NCBI GenBank assembly: GCA_014729135.1
Contig: WJKK01000001.1
Coordinates: 730,919-794,918 of the forward strand
Reading direction: 5' to 3'
DNA length: 64,000 nt
Origin: a candidate division WWE3 bacterium
Lineage (GTDB): Bacteria; Patescibacteriota; WWE3; UBA101185; UBA10185
Of this stretch, positions 20,204 to 29,351 are shown piece after piece. Position 1 is the first letter of the stretch. The number at the start of each line of letters is the position of its first letter. Below the pieces are notes generated by a model. It ran no database searches. It was not told the DNA's origin and saw only the letters and a program-made list of their open reading frames with translations. The translations under genes and the position numbers were made by a program.

Positions 20204-21061
20204 TTGAGTCAGGACAACCAATATATTACCGTACAAGAGCTTTGTAACTGTTTAGATATTTCAAAATCCTCCATTTATTATGAAAAGAAGCTTCCCAAAA
20301 AAGACTTGAAGCTAAGTAAGCAAATTATTGATGTAATTAACAAGAATAAGACATATGGTCACAGACGGGTTGCCTTAGAGCTTAACATTAACAAGAAAAG
20401 GGTACTTAGAGTAATGAGGCTATTTAATATCAAGCCCTTAATAACCAGGTCTAAAAAGCCCCGATATAAATATAAGAAGGGAGAGTCTAGATTTGAGAAT
20501 CTAATTAAGACTATATGTCCAATAAGGCCTTATGTAATATTAGCTACTGATTTTACCTATTTGAGGTTTAAAAATTCCTTTTTGTATTTAGCTACTGTAT
20601 TAGACATATATACTAAGGAAATATTGGGTTATGCGGTTTCTACCAGACATACTCAAAACTTAGTATTAGAGGCTGTTAAATATGGATTAAGTAAATGCAA
20701 AACCTTACCTCTTTTTATACATTCTGATGAAGGTAGCGAATACATGTCAGATGCGTACATAAATTATGTACACTCCCAAAATATTGAACTATCAACAAGT
20801 GATATTGCTTCCCCTTGGCAAAACGGATTTAAAGAATCCTTTTATTCCCAATTTAAACTTGATCTGGGTGCAAAGAATCTAAACAGATTTGATACCTTGG
20901 GAGAAGTTGTAGGACATATTTATAAAACAATCTATTATCACAATAACCAAAGAATTCACACGACTATAAAAACACAACCTGTTAAATTTAGAAATCAAGA
21001 ATTAGCTAAATGGTCTGATGTTTGTTGTGATAGATTGGTGTCCAAAAAAATGGGTACTTGA
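20204..21061 (+). CDS. IS3-family transposase OrfB (DDE)
   Basis: YGHRRV, TDFTY, HSDEGSEY, WQNGFKESF, NNQRIH. Confidence 0.93.
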   Translation: MSQDNQYITVQELCNCLDISKSSIYYEKKLPKKDLKLSKQIIDVINKNKTYGHRRVALELNINKKRVLRVMRLFNIKPLITRSKKPRYKYKKGESRFENLIKTICPIRPYVILATDFTYLRFKNSFLYLATVLDIYTKEILGYAVSTRHTQNLVLEAVKYGLSKCKTLPLFIHSDEGSEYMSDAYINYVHSQNIELSTSDIASPWQNGFKESFYSQFKLDLGAKNLNRFDTLGEVVGHIYKTIYYHNNQRIHTTIKTQPVKFRNQELAKWSDVCCDRLVSKKMGT

Positions 21062-21096
21062 CATTTAGACAGAGCATAGCAATTAAGAAGATTGAG

Positions 21097-21182
21097 TGCA
21101 AATTCATTAGATAATTATTTCTGTCATCCAAGCCCTCTTGTTAGATAAAAAATTCAATGCCATCCAAATTTAAAAGCCTCCG
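21097..21182. repeat. Degenerate direct repeat, copy 2
   Basis: See 18747-18828. Confidence 0.75.
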
Positions 21183-21243
21183 CCCAACACGCGCAGACCA
21201 CCCCATCGAAAACAAAAACCTACCACCATTATGTCTAATCAAA

Positions 21244-21438
21244 TTACTGCTCAACCAAAGTTCCCTTTCTATGAATTTTAAGAAAAAGCTTTTCTGCATC
21301 TTCAAGATATTCTGCAAGAGGCTTAAGACCTACTTCAGCGCGTAATTCATCCACTCTGTCAGGATACTGAAGGGGCATGTGAGGCTCTTTCTCCCACCTT
21401 ATCCGACTAGGACCCATGGAACCTATTCGGGCATACAA
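21244..21438 (-). pseudogene. C-terminal fragment resembling DUF6624 proteins
   Basis: PLQYPDRVDELRAEVGLKPLAEY resembles the C-terminal motif of that family; N-terminal part absent. Confidence 0.45.
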
Positions 21439-21516
21439 ACCAAAAACAACTACGGCGAGCGAGATTATCTTGTATAATGTCCATAAATTGAAAACCTAAT
21501 ACAAAAGGAGGGAAGG

Positions 21517-22833
21517 ATGTTATACATGTTAAAAACAGACGTGTATTTTGTGCGCGGCGCCTTGAATGGTGCCCTTTTAGATACCCGAAGGGGGAATGTG
21601 TACTCCATAAACGAAAAGGCTTGCCAAGTACTGATGGGCGAGAGGGAAGATAGCGAATATTGGAAACTATTAAGTGACCAGGGACTTTCGGATAGTCCAG
21701 GTTCTATAAAAAGAGCGAAATTTTCAAGAAGAACCCCATGCGAATTAGACTTCGTGTGGTTCGAAATCACCTCTAGCAAATGTAATCAAAGCTGCATTCA
21801 CTGCTACACCGATTCCTCACCACAGACATCTCGTGAGAAACAGAAACACGTAGACACCTTATTAACACATCAGCAATGGCTTCAAGCTATACGGGAAGCC
21901 TATAACCTTGGCTGTAAAAAATGCCAGTTTATTGGAGGGGAACCCTTTCTCTATAGAGGAAAGGGAGGAGAAACTCTGAGAAATCTCGTTTCATATTCTA
22001 GAGACTTGGGATACAACTTCATTGAAGTTTTCACCAACGGATTACTTCTAACTCCCGCGAGAATCGCCTGGCTGAAAGAGTTAGGCGTTCATGTGGCCAT
22101 CTCCTTGTACTCAATGGAGGCGAGCATTCACGACTGTATCACACAAACACCTGGGAGTCAGCGTCAGACAATGTCTGCAATAGAAGAAATGTTGGCTAGA
22201 GATATTCCCTTTCGTGTCGAGACGGTCTTGATGAAACCTAACGAAAAAAGCGTTCCCAGACTTCAAGAAGCAAAGAAAACTTGGGGCGTTGAAAGTACCG
22301 TGGATATCTTGCGTCCTACAGGTCGAGGAGACAAACAACGATTCCAACCGGAATTTGAATACCTAGCTAAACATGGTCTGCAATTGGAACCTGCATTTGT
22401 CATAGATGAACAAACACTGCGACGGAACTTAGGTGGCAATCCCTGTCTCCAAAAACAACTCGTACTTACGGCGTCAGGGGAGGTATTTCCTTGTGTTTTC
22501 GCCAGAGAAACACATCTGGGTAGTATCAAAAAGACTTCCCTGGCAGGTATTATAGAGGAAACTCGCACCCAAGAAATATGGAATGCAACCAAAGACGGCG
22601 TCCTGGTGTGTAAGGACTGTGAGTATAGGTATGTTTGTCAAGACTGCAGGCCCCTCGCAAAAGCAGAGGCACACCCGCGGGGAAATCTCATGTCAGCTCC
22701 TCCACCTCGCTGTACCTACAACCCCTACACAGGGGAGTGGGCCGCTGGACTATGGACACTGGGCAACGAAGCATCTCCCTTCTATGATAGGACCAAGGGA
22801 GAGGAAATACAGCGTCTCCTGCAAATAAAGTAG
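21517..22833 (+). CDS. Radical SAM/SPASM peptide maturase
   Basis: CNQSCIHC, GGEPF, FTNG; SPASM C...GEVFPC...CKDCEYRYVCQDCR...C; N-terminal RRE-like extension; SD AAGGAGGG. Confidence 0.93.
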   Translation: MLYMLKTDVYFVRGALNGALLDTRRGNVYSINEKACQVLMGEREDSEYWKLLSDQGLSDSPGSIKRAKFSRRTPCELDFVWFEITSSKCNQSCIHCYTDSSPQTSREKQKHVDTLLTHQQWLQAIREAYNLGCKKCQFIGGEPFLYRGKGGETLRNLVSYSRDLGYNFIEVFTNGLLLTPARIAWLKELGVHVAISLYSMEASIHDCITQTPGSQRQTMSAIEEMLARDIPFRVETVLMKPNEKSVPRLQEAKKTWGVESTVDILRPTGRGDKQRFQPEFEYLAKHGLQLEPAFVIDEQTLRRNLGGNPCLQKQLVLTASGEVFPCVFARETHLGSIKKTSLAGIIEETRTQEIWNATKDGVLVCKDCEYRYVCQDCRPLAKAEAHPRGNLMSAPPPRCTYNPYTGEWAAGLWTLGNEASPFYDRTKGEEIQRLLQIK

Positions 22834-22889
22834 TGTATACTCAACACAATGTAAACAAACTCCATTACCTAACAAAGGAGGTGAGAAGA

Positions 22890-23009
22890 ATGAAAACAGC
22901 TAAAGGAGCTACTCTGAAGCTGGTATCACAGGGTACAGATGTGAAATGTAAACCCACAAGCTGTAAACCCCGGATTTGCAATCCTAACGGAGGGTGCAAA
23001 CCACGTTAG
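22890..23009 (+). CDS. Putative RiPP precursor, 39 aa, with four Cys-Xaa-Pro motifs
   Basis: Missing from the ORF track. MKTAKGATLKLVSQGTDVKCKPTSCKPRICNPNGGCKPR; SD AAAGGAGGTG; 56 bp after the rSAM gene. Confidence 0.85.
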   Translation: MKTAKGATLKLVSQGTDVKCKPTSCKPRICNPNGGCKPR

Positions 23010-23059
23010 ACAGAGGGAATCCCGCGCCGTTAAATGAGGTAATATCTTAACAGAGGATG

Positions 23060-23806
23060 TCACTCTGATAGGATATTACCTCCCCTTATTTCTCTTAAAT
23101 ACTCATAAATATTCTGATTCTGACTTTCCAAATATACATTCCAACTATCAAGCAGCTCCTTTTTAATCTCAAGCAAACTCGCATGCCCTTCTAAATCTCC
23201 CGCAACAGAGTGATATACGTCACCTCCGTTCAGACGAATACGTAACTCATTATCAGCAATTAACTCTATTAACGCGTGCTCTAATTCACTCTTCCCAAAC
23301 AAAGAGTGCAAGGCTTCATGCACCAAATAAACAAGGGAATAATTTTCCCAATCCTCTGTATGCCCCCAAAGTATTTTATCCCCAATATTAATACCATTAC
23401 CAAGTTCAGGAGCTAATACAGCAACCTTAAAAGTCTCCACAGGTAAATCCACCCTCAAAATATCCTCCAGCTCTTTTAAAACTATATCTTTTTTATCTTC
23501 CCATTCCTTTTCTAACCATGCTTTATATTTCTCTGTCTTTTCTAGAAGCTTTTCATACTCTTTGGATTTTCTTACTTTATCGAATAAAGCTTCAGTTTGG
23601 TTTGGAACTTTTCTTAACTGCTCTAAAGCGGAATCATTTGCAAAAAATAAAACCACCTCTCTATATAAGAAAAACTCGTAAGCTATTTTGTAATCTTTCC
23701 ATAAAGCGTTCTTTAGGCTCTCCCAGTCCTCCAACGCGTAGGCATTCTTCCCAAACAGGGCCTCTGCAATGAGTATGGTTTCCTCTACTTCAAACTGAAA
23801 GTTCAT
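23060..23806 (-). CDS. Hypothetical protein with HExxH motif (putative zinc metallopeptidase)
   Basis: LVHEALHSL followed by E residues. Confidence 0.6.
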   Translation of the reverse strand: MNFQFEVEETILIAEALFGKNAYALEDWESLKNALWKDYKIAYEFFLYREVVLFFANDSALEQLRKVPNQTEALFDKVRKSKEYEKLLEKTEKYKAWLEKEWEDKKDIVLKELEDILRVDLPVETFKVAVLAPELGNGINIGDKILWGHTEDWENYSLVYLVHEALHSLFGKSELEHALIELIADNELRIRLNGGDVYHSVAGDLEGHASLLEIKKELLDSWNVYLESQNQNIYEYLREIRGGNILSE

Positions 23807-23945
23807 GAGCGTATTTTAGCATTTTTCATGATACACTCTCTCGCGATACCCCAATACTTAGATAAAACGCTGACAGCTACAAAAGAAGTCTCTCATTTGT
23901 AATAAAATACAAGTTATCGACAGAAATAAATTACTCTAAATAAAC

Positions 23946-24254
23946 ATGGAAAGAATGAGCATAATGACACAGAAAGCCGTCTTCAAAGAAATTTCCAAGA
24001 TTGTAAAAAAACATCTTCCTAAAGGGGATTATTCCGTTTTTGTTTTTGGCTCACGCGCTACAAATACCTCCAGAGAATACAGCGATATAGACGTTGGAAT
24101 AGAGGGTGACGAGAAACTCCCGCTAAGCACAATCGGATTTATGAAAGAAGATCTCGAAAAATCATCCATTCCCTATACTGTAGATGTTGTGGATTTTTCT
24201 AGAGTTTCTGCGCATTTTAAAGACTTTGCCACTAAAAATACAATTAAGCTATGA
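23946..24254 (+). CDS. Minimal nucleotidyltransferase (MNT, antitoxin-type)
   Basis: VFGSRA...YSDIDVGI...VDVVD. Confidence 0.9.
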   Translation: MERMSIMTQKAVFKEISKIVKKHLPKGDYSVFVFGSRATNTSREYSDIDVGIEGDEKLPLSTIGFMKEDLEKSSIPYTVDVVDFSRVSAHFKDFATKNTIKL

Positions 24255-24409
24255 TTTCAAAACAGGAAAAAATCAACTATCAAACGAAAAGCTCAAAGCT
24301 ACACATTTAAAAGCAAATCTCCAGCTACAAACACACACACCAGCATAATGCGTTTGGAAGTTTATAAGTTAGGGGAATAAAAACCTATCTACTAAGCTAT
24401 AATATCCTC

Positions 24410-25696
24410 ATGCAAACAAACAAATTAAAAACCCTAATAAAAGAAAGCAAATTGTCGGTCTGCCTAGACTCCCGACAAATAAAAAAAGGAGACTACTTCA
24501 TCCCCGTTGTAGGAGAAAACCACGACGGCCACAGATTCATTGAAGCAGCCCTAAAAAACGGAGCTGCAGGAGTCATTGAAGAAAACGAACTTTATGACTT
24601 AGCACGTTTTAAAATCTCTCTTATAAAACCAAAAATCATAGGAGTCACCGGATCCTCCGGAAAAACCACAACTACTCAGTTTATTTACCAATTGCTGGCA
24701 ACCAAACATTCCACTACTTTGGGACATTTAAACACTAAACTGGGTCTTGCTGTGGATACCATTAATGAAATGAACTTAGACTGTAAGTATTTTATTGCAG
24801 AAATGGGGATGGATCGCGCAGGAGAACTAGAGGAAACCACAGAACTTTTCTCCCCAAATGTTGCTGTAATTACAACAATAAATGAGACGCACATGGAAAA
24901 ATTAGGTTCCCTGGAGAAAATTGCAAAAGCCAAATTTGGTATAGCCAAAAACCTAAAAAAAGAGGGTACGTTGATTTTAAATGCAGATAATGAGGCCATT
25001 CAAAATTATGTTAAGAGGCACCGTCCCAAAGTAGATTTGCTGTGGTTTAGCTTAAAAGACTCCGATGATATTAATCCGAAAAAGCTAAACAAAGATATAT
25101 TTAAAAACTTCAAAATTCCCGGGGAACACAACAAATCCAATTTACTTGCTTCCTTAAGTGTTTTAAAGGCTTTAAATGAACCAATAGACAACTACATTGA
25201 GCAAATTACCCAACTTCAACTGCCAAAGGGACGTCTCACAAAGCTAGAAGGCATTAACAACAGTGTGATTTTAGATGACACTTACAATGCTAATCCGGAA
25301 TCTACAAAAGCAGCTTTAAAAGTCTTGGATGAAATTAAAGGTAAGCGTAAGATTGCGGTTTTAGGAAATATGCTGGAGCTTGGAGATTATGAAAAAGAGG
25401 GGCATGAAAAGGTGGGTGAGGCCGTAACACAAGCTAAGGTTGATTTCTTGGTAACCGTGGGGGATTTGGGGGAAATTATTAGTAAAACCGCACAAGTTAA
25501 CAGGAAAATACATCTGGATAAGTCGACGGATTTTAAGGAGGCTTTAGACAAGGGAGAGGTGAAAATAAAGGAGGGAGATGTGTTTTTAGTTAAAGGTTCT
25601 CAAGGTGCACGAATGGAAAAAATTACAGAAGTACTTTTAGCTAACCCGGGAAGGGATAGAGCTAAGCTAGTGCGTCAAGATGTTCGGTGGGAATGA
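24410..25696 (+). CDS. murF: UDP-MurNAc-tripeptide:D-Ala-D-Ala ligase
   Basis: GVTGSSGKTTT, EMGMDRAGE, DDTYNANPES, VKGSQG. Confidence 0.93.
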   Translation: MQTNKLKTLIKESKLSVCLDSRQIKKGDYFIPVVGENHDGHRFIEAALKNGAAGVIEENELYDLARFKISLIKPKIIGVTGSSGKTTTTQFIYQLLATKHSTTLGHLNTKLGLAVDTINEMNLDCKYFIAEMGMDRAGELEETTELFSPNVAVITTINETHMEKLGSLEKIAKAKFGIAKNLKKEGTLILNADNEAIQNYVKRHRPKVDLLWFSLKDSDDINPKKLNKDIFKNFKIPGEHNKSNLLASLSVLKALNEPIDNYIEQITQLQLPKGRLTKLEGINNSVILDDTYNANPESTKAALKVLDEIKGKRKIAVLGNMLELGDYEKEGHEKVGEAVTQAKVDFLVTVGDLGEIISKTAQVNRKIHLDKSTDFKEALDKGEVKIKEGDVFLVKGSQGARMEKITEVLLANPGRDRAKLVRQDVRWE

Positions 25697-26538
25697 CCTT
25701 TAACCACTAAAAACCTGCTTCGAAACCTGTCCCCGGTTAAACCCTCTAAAAGGTGTGAAGGGCTTATACAACGTATAGCTTCCCTTGAATCTCTAACTAA
25801 AGGATCCACAACATAAATCTTGCCCTCTATCTGTTTTAAAGTTACCAAATGGGTGTCTTCAAGCTCGGGGGCTTCAGAACCATATATCTCAGCGGCTAAG
25901 CTGTTTAAATAAGGCACAGCACTTTTCCGAAGCGAAACTACAATTAACTCTCCTTCACTTAGAAATTTCTGCAAAGTTTTTACAAACCTTTTCACATCCC
26001 TCATAATTGTGTGATTTAAAGAATCTCCCTCAATACCCCCTTCAGTGTATTCGTACAAAGAAACATCTAAACCTTTAGAAGTAAGAAAGGATTTCATACC
26101 GCGAGAATCGGTGCCGTATTTTATAGAAAAGGTTGGTAGATAAGTAATGTCAGTTGGGAGGTCAACGGAAATGCTAACGCGGCCTTTTATGTTGTCCCGT
26201 TGGGAGTTTAGCTTAGACCAAGCTTTAACTTCCTCTAGCACCTCTCCTCTCTCCATAGTATTAAGCACAGGGGCATAAGGGATCTTTATACCGGGTAAAC
26301 TAGGGAAAATGACGTTCACGAGAGGTCTAGTGTATTTACCAAATTCCACAAAATCTAGAAAAAGATCTTCTGGGGACTTGTCTAATTTATTAAAGTAATT
26401 AAGCACTTGTACCATGGAAGCTATACCACAGGCATTTAATAGTAGGACTTTAGGAAGCATCATGTCTAACTGGCTTTGATGTATTTTTGCTAAAGTGGTT
26501 TTTTCACAAAACATAGTTTGATTAGTGCCTACCGCCAT
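25675..26538 (-). CDS. Hypothetical protein, peptidase C39-like
   Basis: NACGIASMVQVLNYF (Cys), THLVTL (His), YVVDP (Asp) in C39 order; start uncertain. Confidence 0.55.
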   Translation of the reverse strand: MAVGTNQTMFCEKTTLAKIHQSQLDMMLPKVLLLNACGIASMVQVLNYFNKLDKSPEDLFLDFVEFGKYTRPLVNVIFPSLPGIKIPYAPVLNTMERGEVLEEVKAWSKLNSQRDNIKGRVSISVDLPTDITYLPTFSIKYGTDSRGMKSFLTSKGLDVSLYEYTEGGIEGDSLNHTIMRDVKRFVKTLQKFLSEGELIVVSLRKSAVPYLNSLAAEIYGSEAPELEDTHLVTLKQIEGKIYVVDPLVRDSREAIRCISPSHLLEGLTGDRFRSRFLVVKGHSHRTS

Positions 26539-26576
26539 ATTACGTCAGGAAAAAACTTAGATCATAAATGGAAAAA

Positions 26577-27410
26577 TTATAAGTACCAATTTAAGAACAA
26601 GTCTCCTGCTACAAAAACCAGAAGACTGCCTAGAATCATGAAAGGGCCAAAGGCAATCTTATCCTTCATTCCTTTTTTGCCTAGGGCCATCAATCCCAAA
26701 CTTACAACAGATCCTAAAACAAAAGAAGAGAAAATTGCAATAATATTGTAGGGAAAGCGGTTAAAAAGTCCTATTAAAAAAGCAAGGCGAACATCGCCAA
26801 AACCCATCCCTTTACCCTTAGTAATAGCATGTAAAAACCAAAAGAAAAGACCTAAAGAGACTGCAGAAACAACGTCAGACGATTTAAAACCAAACACCAC
26901 GTAGAAAACTCCAACCACTGCCAAACCTGTAAAAATAGCTTCATTAGGAATAATTTGATATTTGGTGTCTGCTAAAAAGATAACGATATATACCGAAAAG
27001 ATTAGTAAAAAATAGGCAAATAGCAAAACCGGATAGATATTGAAGCCCAAACCAAAAGCAGAACCCAGGGATCGAACTAAACCCGCATTTAATCCGGAAT
27101 GCAAAGGGGCGCCACCAAAAACTCCTGATGAAACTGCAGCCAACAAGAATATAACTCCTGTTAAAACCTCCGATAGGGGATAGGCCACTGATAAACGCTC
27201 GCTGCAGTAGCGACATTTCCCCTTGTTAAACACAAAAGAAAAAACGGGAATTAAATCGGCAACTTTTAAAACGTTGTCGCAAAAATCGCAATGAGACCGA
27301 CCAAATAAAATGGATTCTCCTGAAACCAAGCGATCAGCAACTAGATTTAAAAAGGACCCCACAAAAAGCCCCATGACAAAAACAAAAAAGTAGTAAAAGT
27401 ATATCTCCAT
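26577..27410 (-). CDS. pilD: Prepilin peptidase
   Basis: GSFLN...RSHCDFC...GKCRYC, GMGFGD, IAFGPF. Confidence 0.95.
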   Translation of the reverse strand: MEIYFYYFFVFVMGLFVGSFLNLVADRLVSGESILFGRSHCDFCDNVLKVADLIPVFSFVFNKGKCRYCSERLSVAYPLSEVLTGVIFLLAAVSSGVFGGAPLHSGLNAGLVRSLGSAFGLGFNIYPVLLFAYFLLIFSVYIVIFLADTKYQIIPNEAIFTGLAVVGVFYVVFGFKSSDVVSAVSLGLFFWFLHAITKGKGMGFGDVRLAFLIGLFNRFPYNIIAIFSSFVLGSVVSLGLMALGKKGMKDKIAFGPFMILGSLLVFVAGDLFLNWYL

Positions 27411-27481
27411 TAAAGTGTTCTCAATTTTAAAGTAGTCTCGGATAGCGTTTAAAACTTGGCATCCCCATATCAAAGAACCGG

Positions 27482-27991
27482 CTACAAACTCAAGTCAGTC
27501 CCAATCTCATATAAACCGGGAGAAACTCCACCATCAAGACGCATTTTGTTAGCATTATCCGCCGACTCCAAAGGCACGCTCAACTTAAACTTTTGAGTTT
27601 GACCATTTGCCACAAATTCATAAACATAAGGCTTCTCGTTAAGGGAATCTATGGGCAATTGATTCAAATATTTACGCAATCCGGGAGTTTCCTCCATAAC
27701 ATTAAACTTTACCCAGCCTTTTCCATCCACTTTAAAAGAACCGGTTAAAGTGGTGCAACTATCACAATCTGAAGTATCCTCCAAGGTAATAAGCTCTTCT
27801 GCCAAGGAAAGCTGCAAGGCCTTGTTAAGTTCATCCAAATCCTGGATTCTTTCGGCATCTCGACTTTTTGCAAGAATTGCCTGCGGATCTATGGCTACAA
27901 AGAGTATTCCGGTTATTGCCACCGCAACTCCTAAAACAATTATTAATTCGGGAAGTGTGAAGCCGGTCTTTTGGCAGGTTTTTTTATTCAT
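27482..27991 (-). CDS. Type IV pilin
   Basis: TG|FTLPELII...SRDAERIQDL. ATG 27991 lies 6 nt after TATACT. Confidence 0.88.
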   Translation of the reverse strand: MNKKTCQKTGFTLPELIIVLGVAVAITGILFVAIDPQAILAKSRDAERIQDLDELNKALQLSLAEELITLEDTSDCDSCTTLTGSFKVDGKGWVKFNVMEETPGLRKYLNQLPIDSLNEKPYVYEFVANGQTQKFKLSVPLESADNANKMRLDGGVSPGLYEIGTDLSL

Positions 27992-28025
27992 ACACCTAGT
28001 ATAACAAAGTAGAAAAGTAGGACGG

Positions 28026-28106
28026 AAAAGAGTTAGGCTGTGTTTCTTTCGAACGAATTTTGGCGTACTCGCCAACCTGAGAGAGAAAGAACATACAGCC
28101 TAACTC
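28026..28106. repeat. Long palindromic element
   Basis: GAGTTAGGCTGT..TTCTTTC / GAAAGAA..ACAGCCTAACTC. Confidence 0.6.
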
Positions 28107-28136
28107 GCCCCCTTGCACTACTCCCAGCTTAAAAAA

Positions 28137-29339
28137 CTAAATTGAAGTAGTAATATTATAAATCGGCGTAATAATCGAAACAATCAAAAGCCCCACCATA
28201 CTTCCCAATAAAACCAAAATAATCGGCTCCAAAGCAGCCGACAAATTCTCGATAGCCGAATTCGTCTCACCCTCATAATAATCAGCCACCCTACCCAAAA
28301 CCTCATCCATCTTACCCGTCTCCTCACCAACTCCCGCCATCTGCCCCAACAAAGCCGGAAAATTCTTATTCCCTCTAAAAAAGTCTGACAAAGAATTGCC
28401 CCGCTCCACATACTCCGCTGCATCCAGGGAAGCCTGCTTTAAATCGTGACTGTTAACAACCGAAGAAACGATGTTAAGCGACTCCACAATTGGAATAGCC
28501 GAGTTAATAAGCAAACTCAGTGTACGAGCAAAAGAAGTAATTTCTTTATTCCTATTAATCTTCCCAAAGACCGGAAGCTTGAAGCCAATTTCAGATAAAA
28601 GCTTCTTTCCATAATCGGTATTCTTAAAATAGCGAAGTGAAACCATAACAGCTCCAATAATTAACAGCAACAAAGCCGTATGCCCCGTCATAAAGTCAGA
28701 AATTGCAATCATAACCTTAGTGGGCAAGGGGAGGGGAACATCTAGATCTTTGTACATGTCCGTTAACTGCGGCACAACCACAATCATCATTAAAATGAAA
28801 ACACCAACCATTGCCAACATAACAATCGCCGGATAAATCATGGCTCCCTTAAACTTAGACTTTAATTCGCGCTCAGCCTCCATTGTTGAGGCCAGGCGCT
28901 TTAAAACAGTGTGCAAATTTCCTGAAGCCTCACCTGCACGTACCAATGCCTGATAAGTGTTAGAAAAAATGTTGGGATACTTTGCAAAGGAATCTGAAAG
29001 GGACAAACCTCCCTCAACATCCCGCAAAATGTTAGAAAGCACCTTGCGAAACTTGTAATTGTCAGTCTGACCGATTAGAACCTCTAAAGATCGCGACAGA
29101 GGCAATCCGGCTGAAATCATTGTAGAAAACTGACGCGTAAAAGTAACAACTTGATCCGTTGGGACCCCTCTAAAAGATAAAATAGACTTTAAAACATCGC
29201 CTTGAGACTTTTCCAAATTAACAATAAAAAGATCCTCCTCCTTTAAAAGTCCAACAGCACCTTCCTTTGTTTTTGCATCAACGGTTCCTGATTTTTTCTT
29301 GCCCTCATGATCTAGGGCAGTGTATTTATATACGGGCAT
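28137..29339 (-). CDS. pilC: Type IV pilus platform protein PilC (GspF family)
   Basis: FTRQFSTMISAGLPL, AMIYP, GEETGKMD, LEPI. Confidence 0.95.
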   Translation of the reverse strand: MPVYKYTALDHEGKKKSGTVDAKTKEGAVGLLKEEDLFIVNLEKSQGDVLKSILSFRGVPTDQVVTFTRQFSTMISAGLPLSRSLEVLIGQTDNYKFRKVLSNILRDVEGGLSLSDSFAKYPNIFSNTYQALVRAGEASGNLHTVLKRLASTMEAERELKSKFKGAMIYPAIVMLAMVGVFILMMIVVVPQLTDMYKDLDVPLPLPTKVMIAISDFMTGHTALLLLIIGAVMVSLRYFKNTDYGKKLLSEIGFKLPVFGKINRNKEITSFARTLSLLINSAIPIVESLNIVSSVVNSHDLKQASLDAAEYVERGNSLSDFFRGNKNFPALLGQMAGVGEETGKMDEVLGRVADYYEGETNSAIENLSAALEPIILVLLGSMVGLLIVSIITPIYNITTSI

Positions 29340-29351
29340 AAACTTCTTTTT

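Larger units (their letters stand above)
19865..21063 (+). mobile_element. IS3-family insertion sequence (1199 bp)
   Basis: TG...CA ends; 36-bp imperfect terminal IRs (27/36 by my alignment); orfA HTH plus orfB DDE; no target duplication seen. Confidence 0.92.

Noticed and set aside
18747-21182. Direct repeats as integron attC sites (contain GTTAGAT)
   Set aside because: No matching RYYYAAC inverse core or long imperfect palindrome, and no IntI-type integrase is evident in the window.
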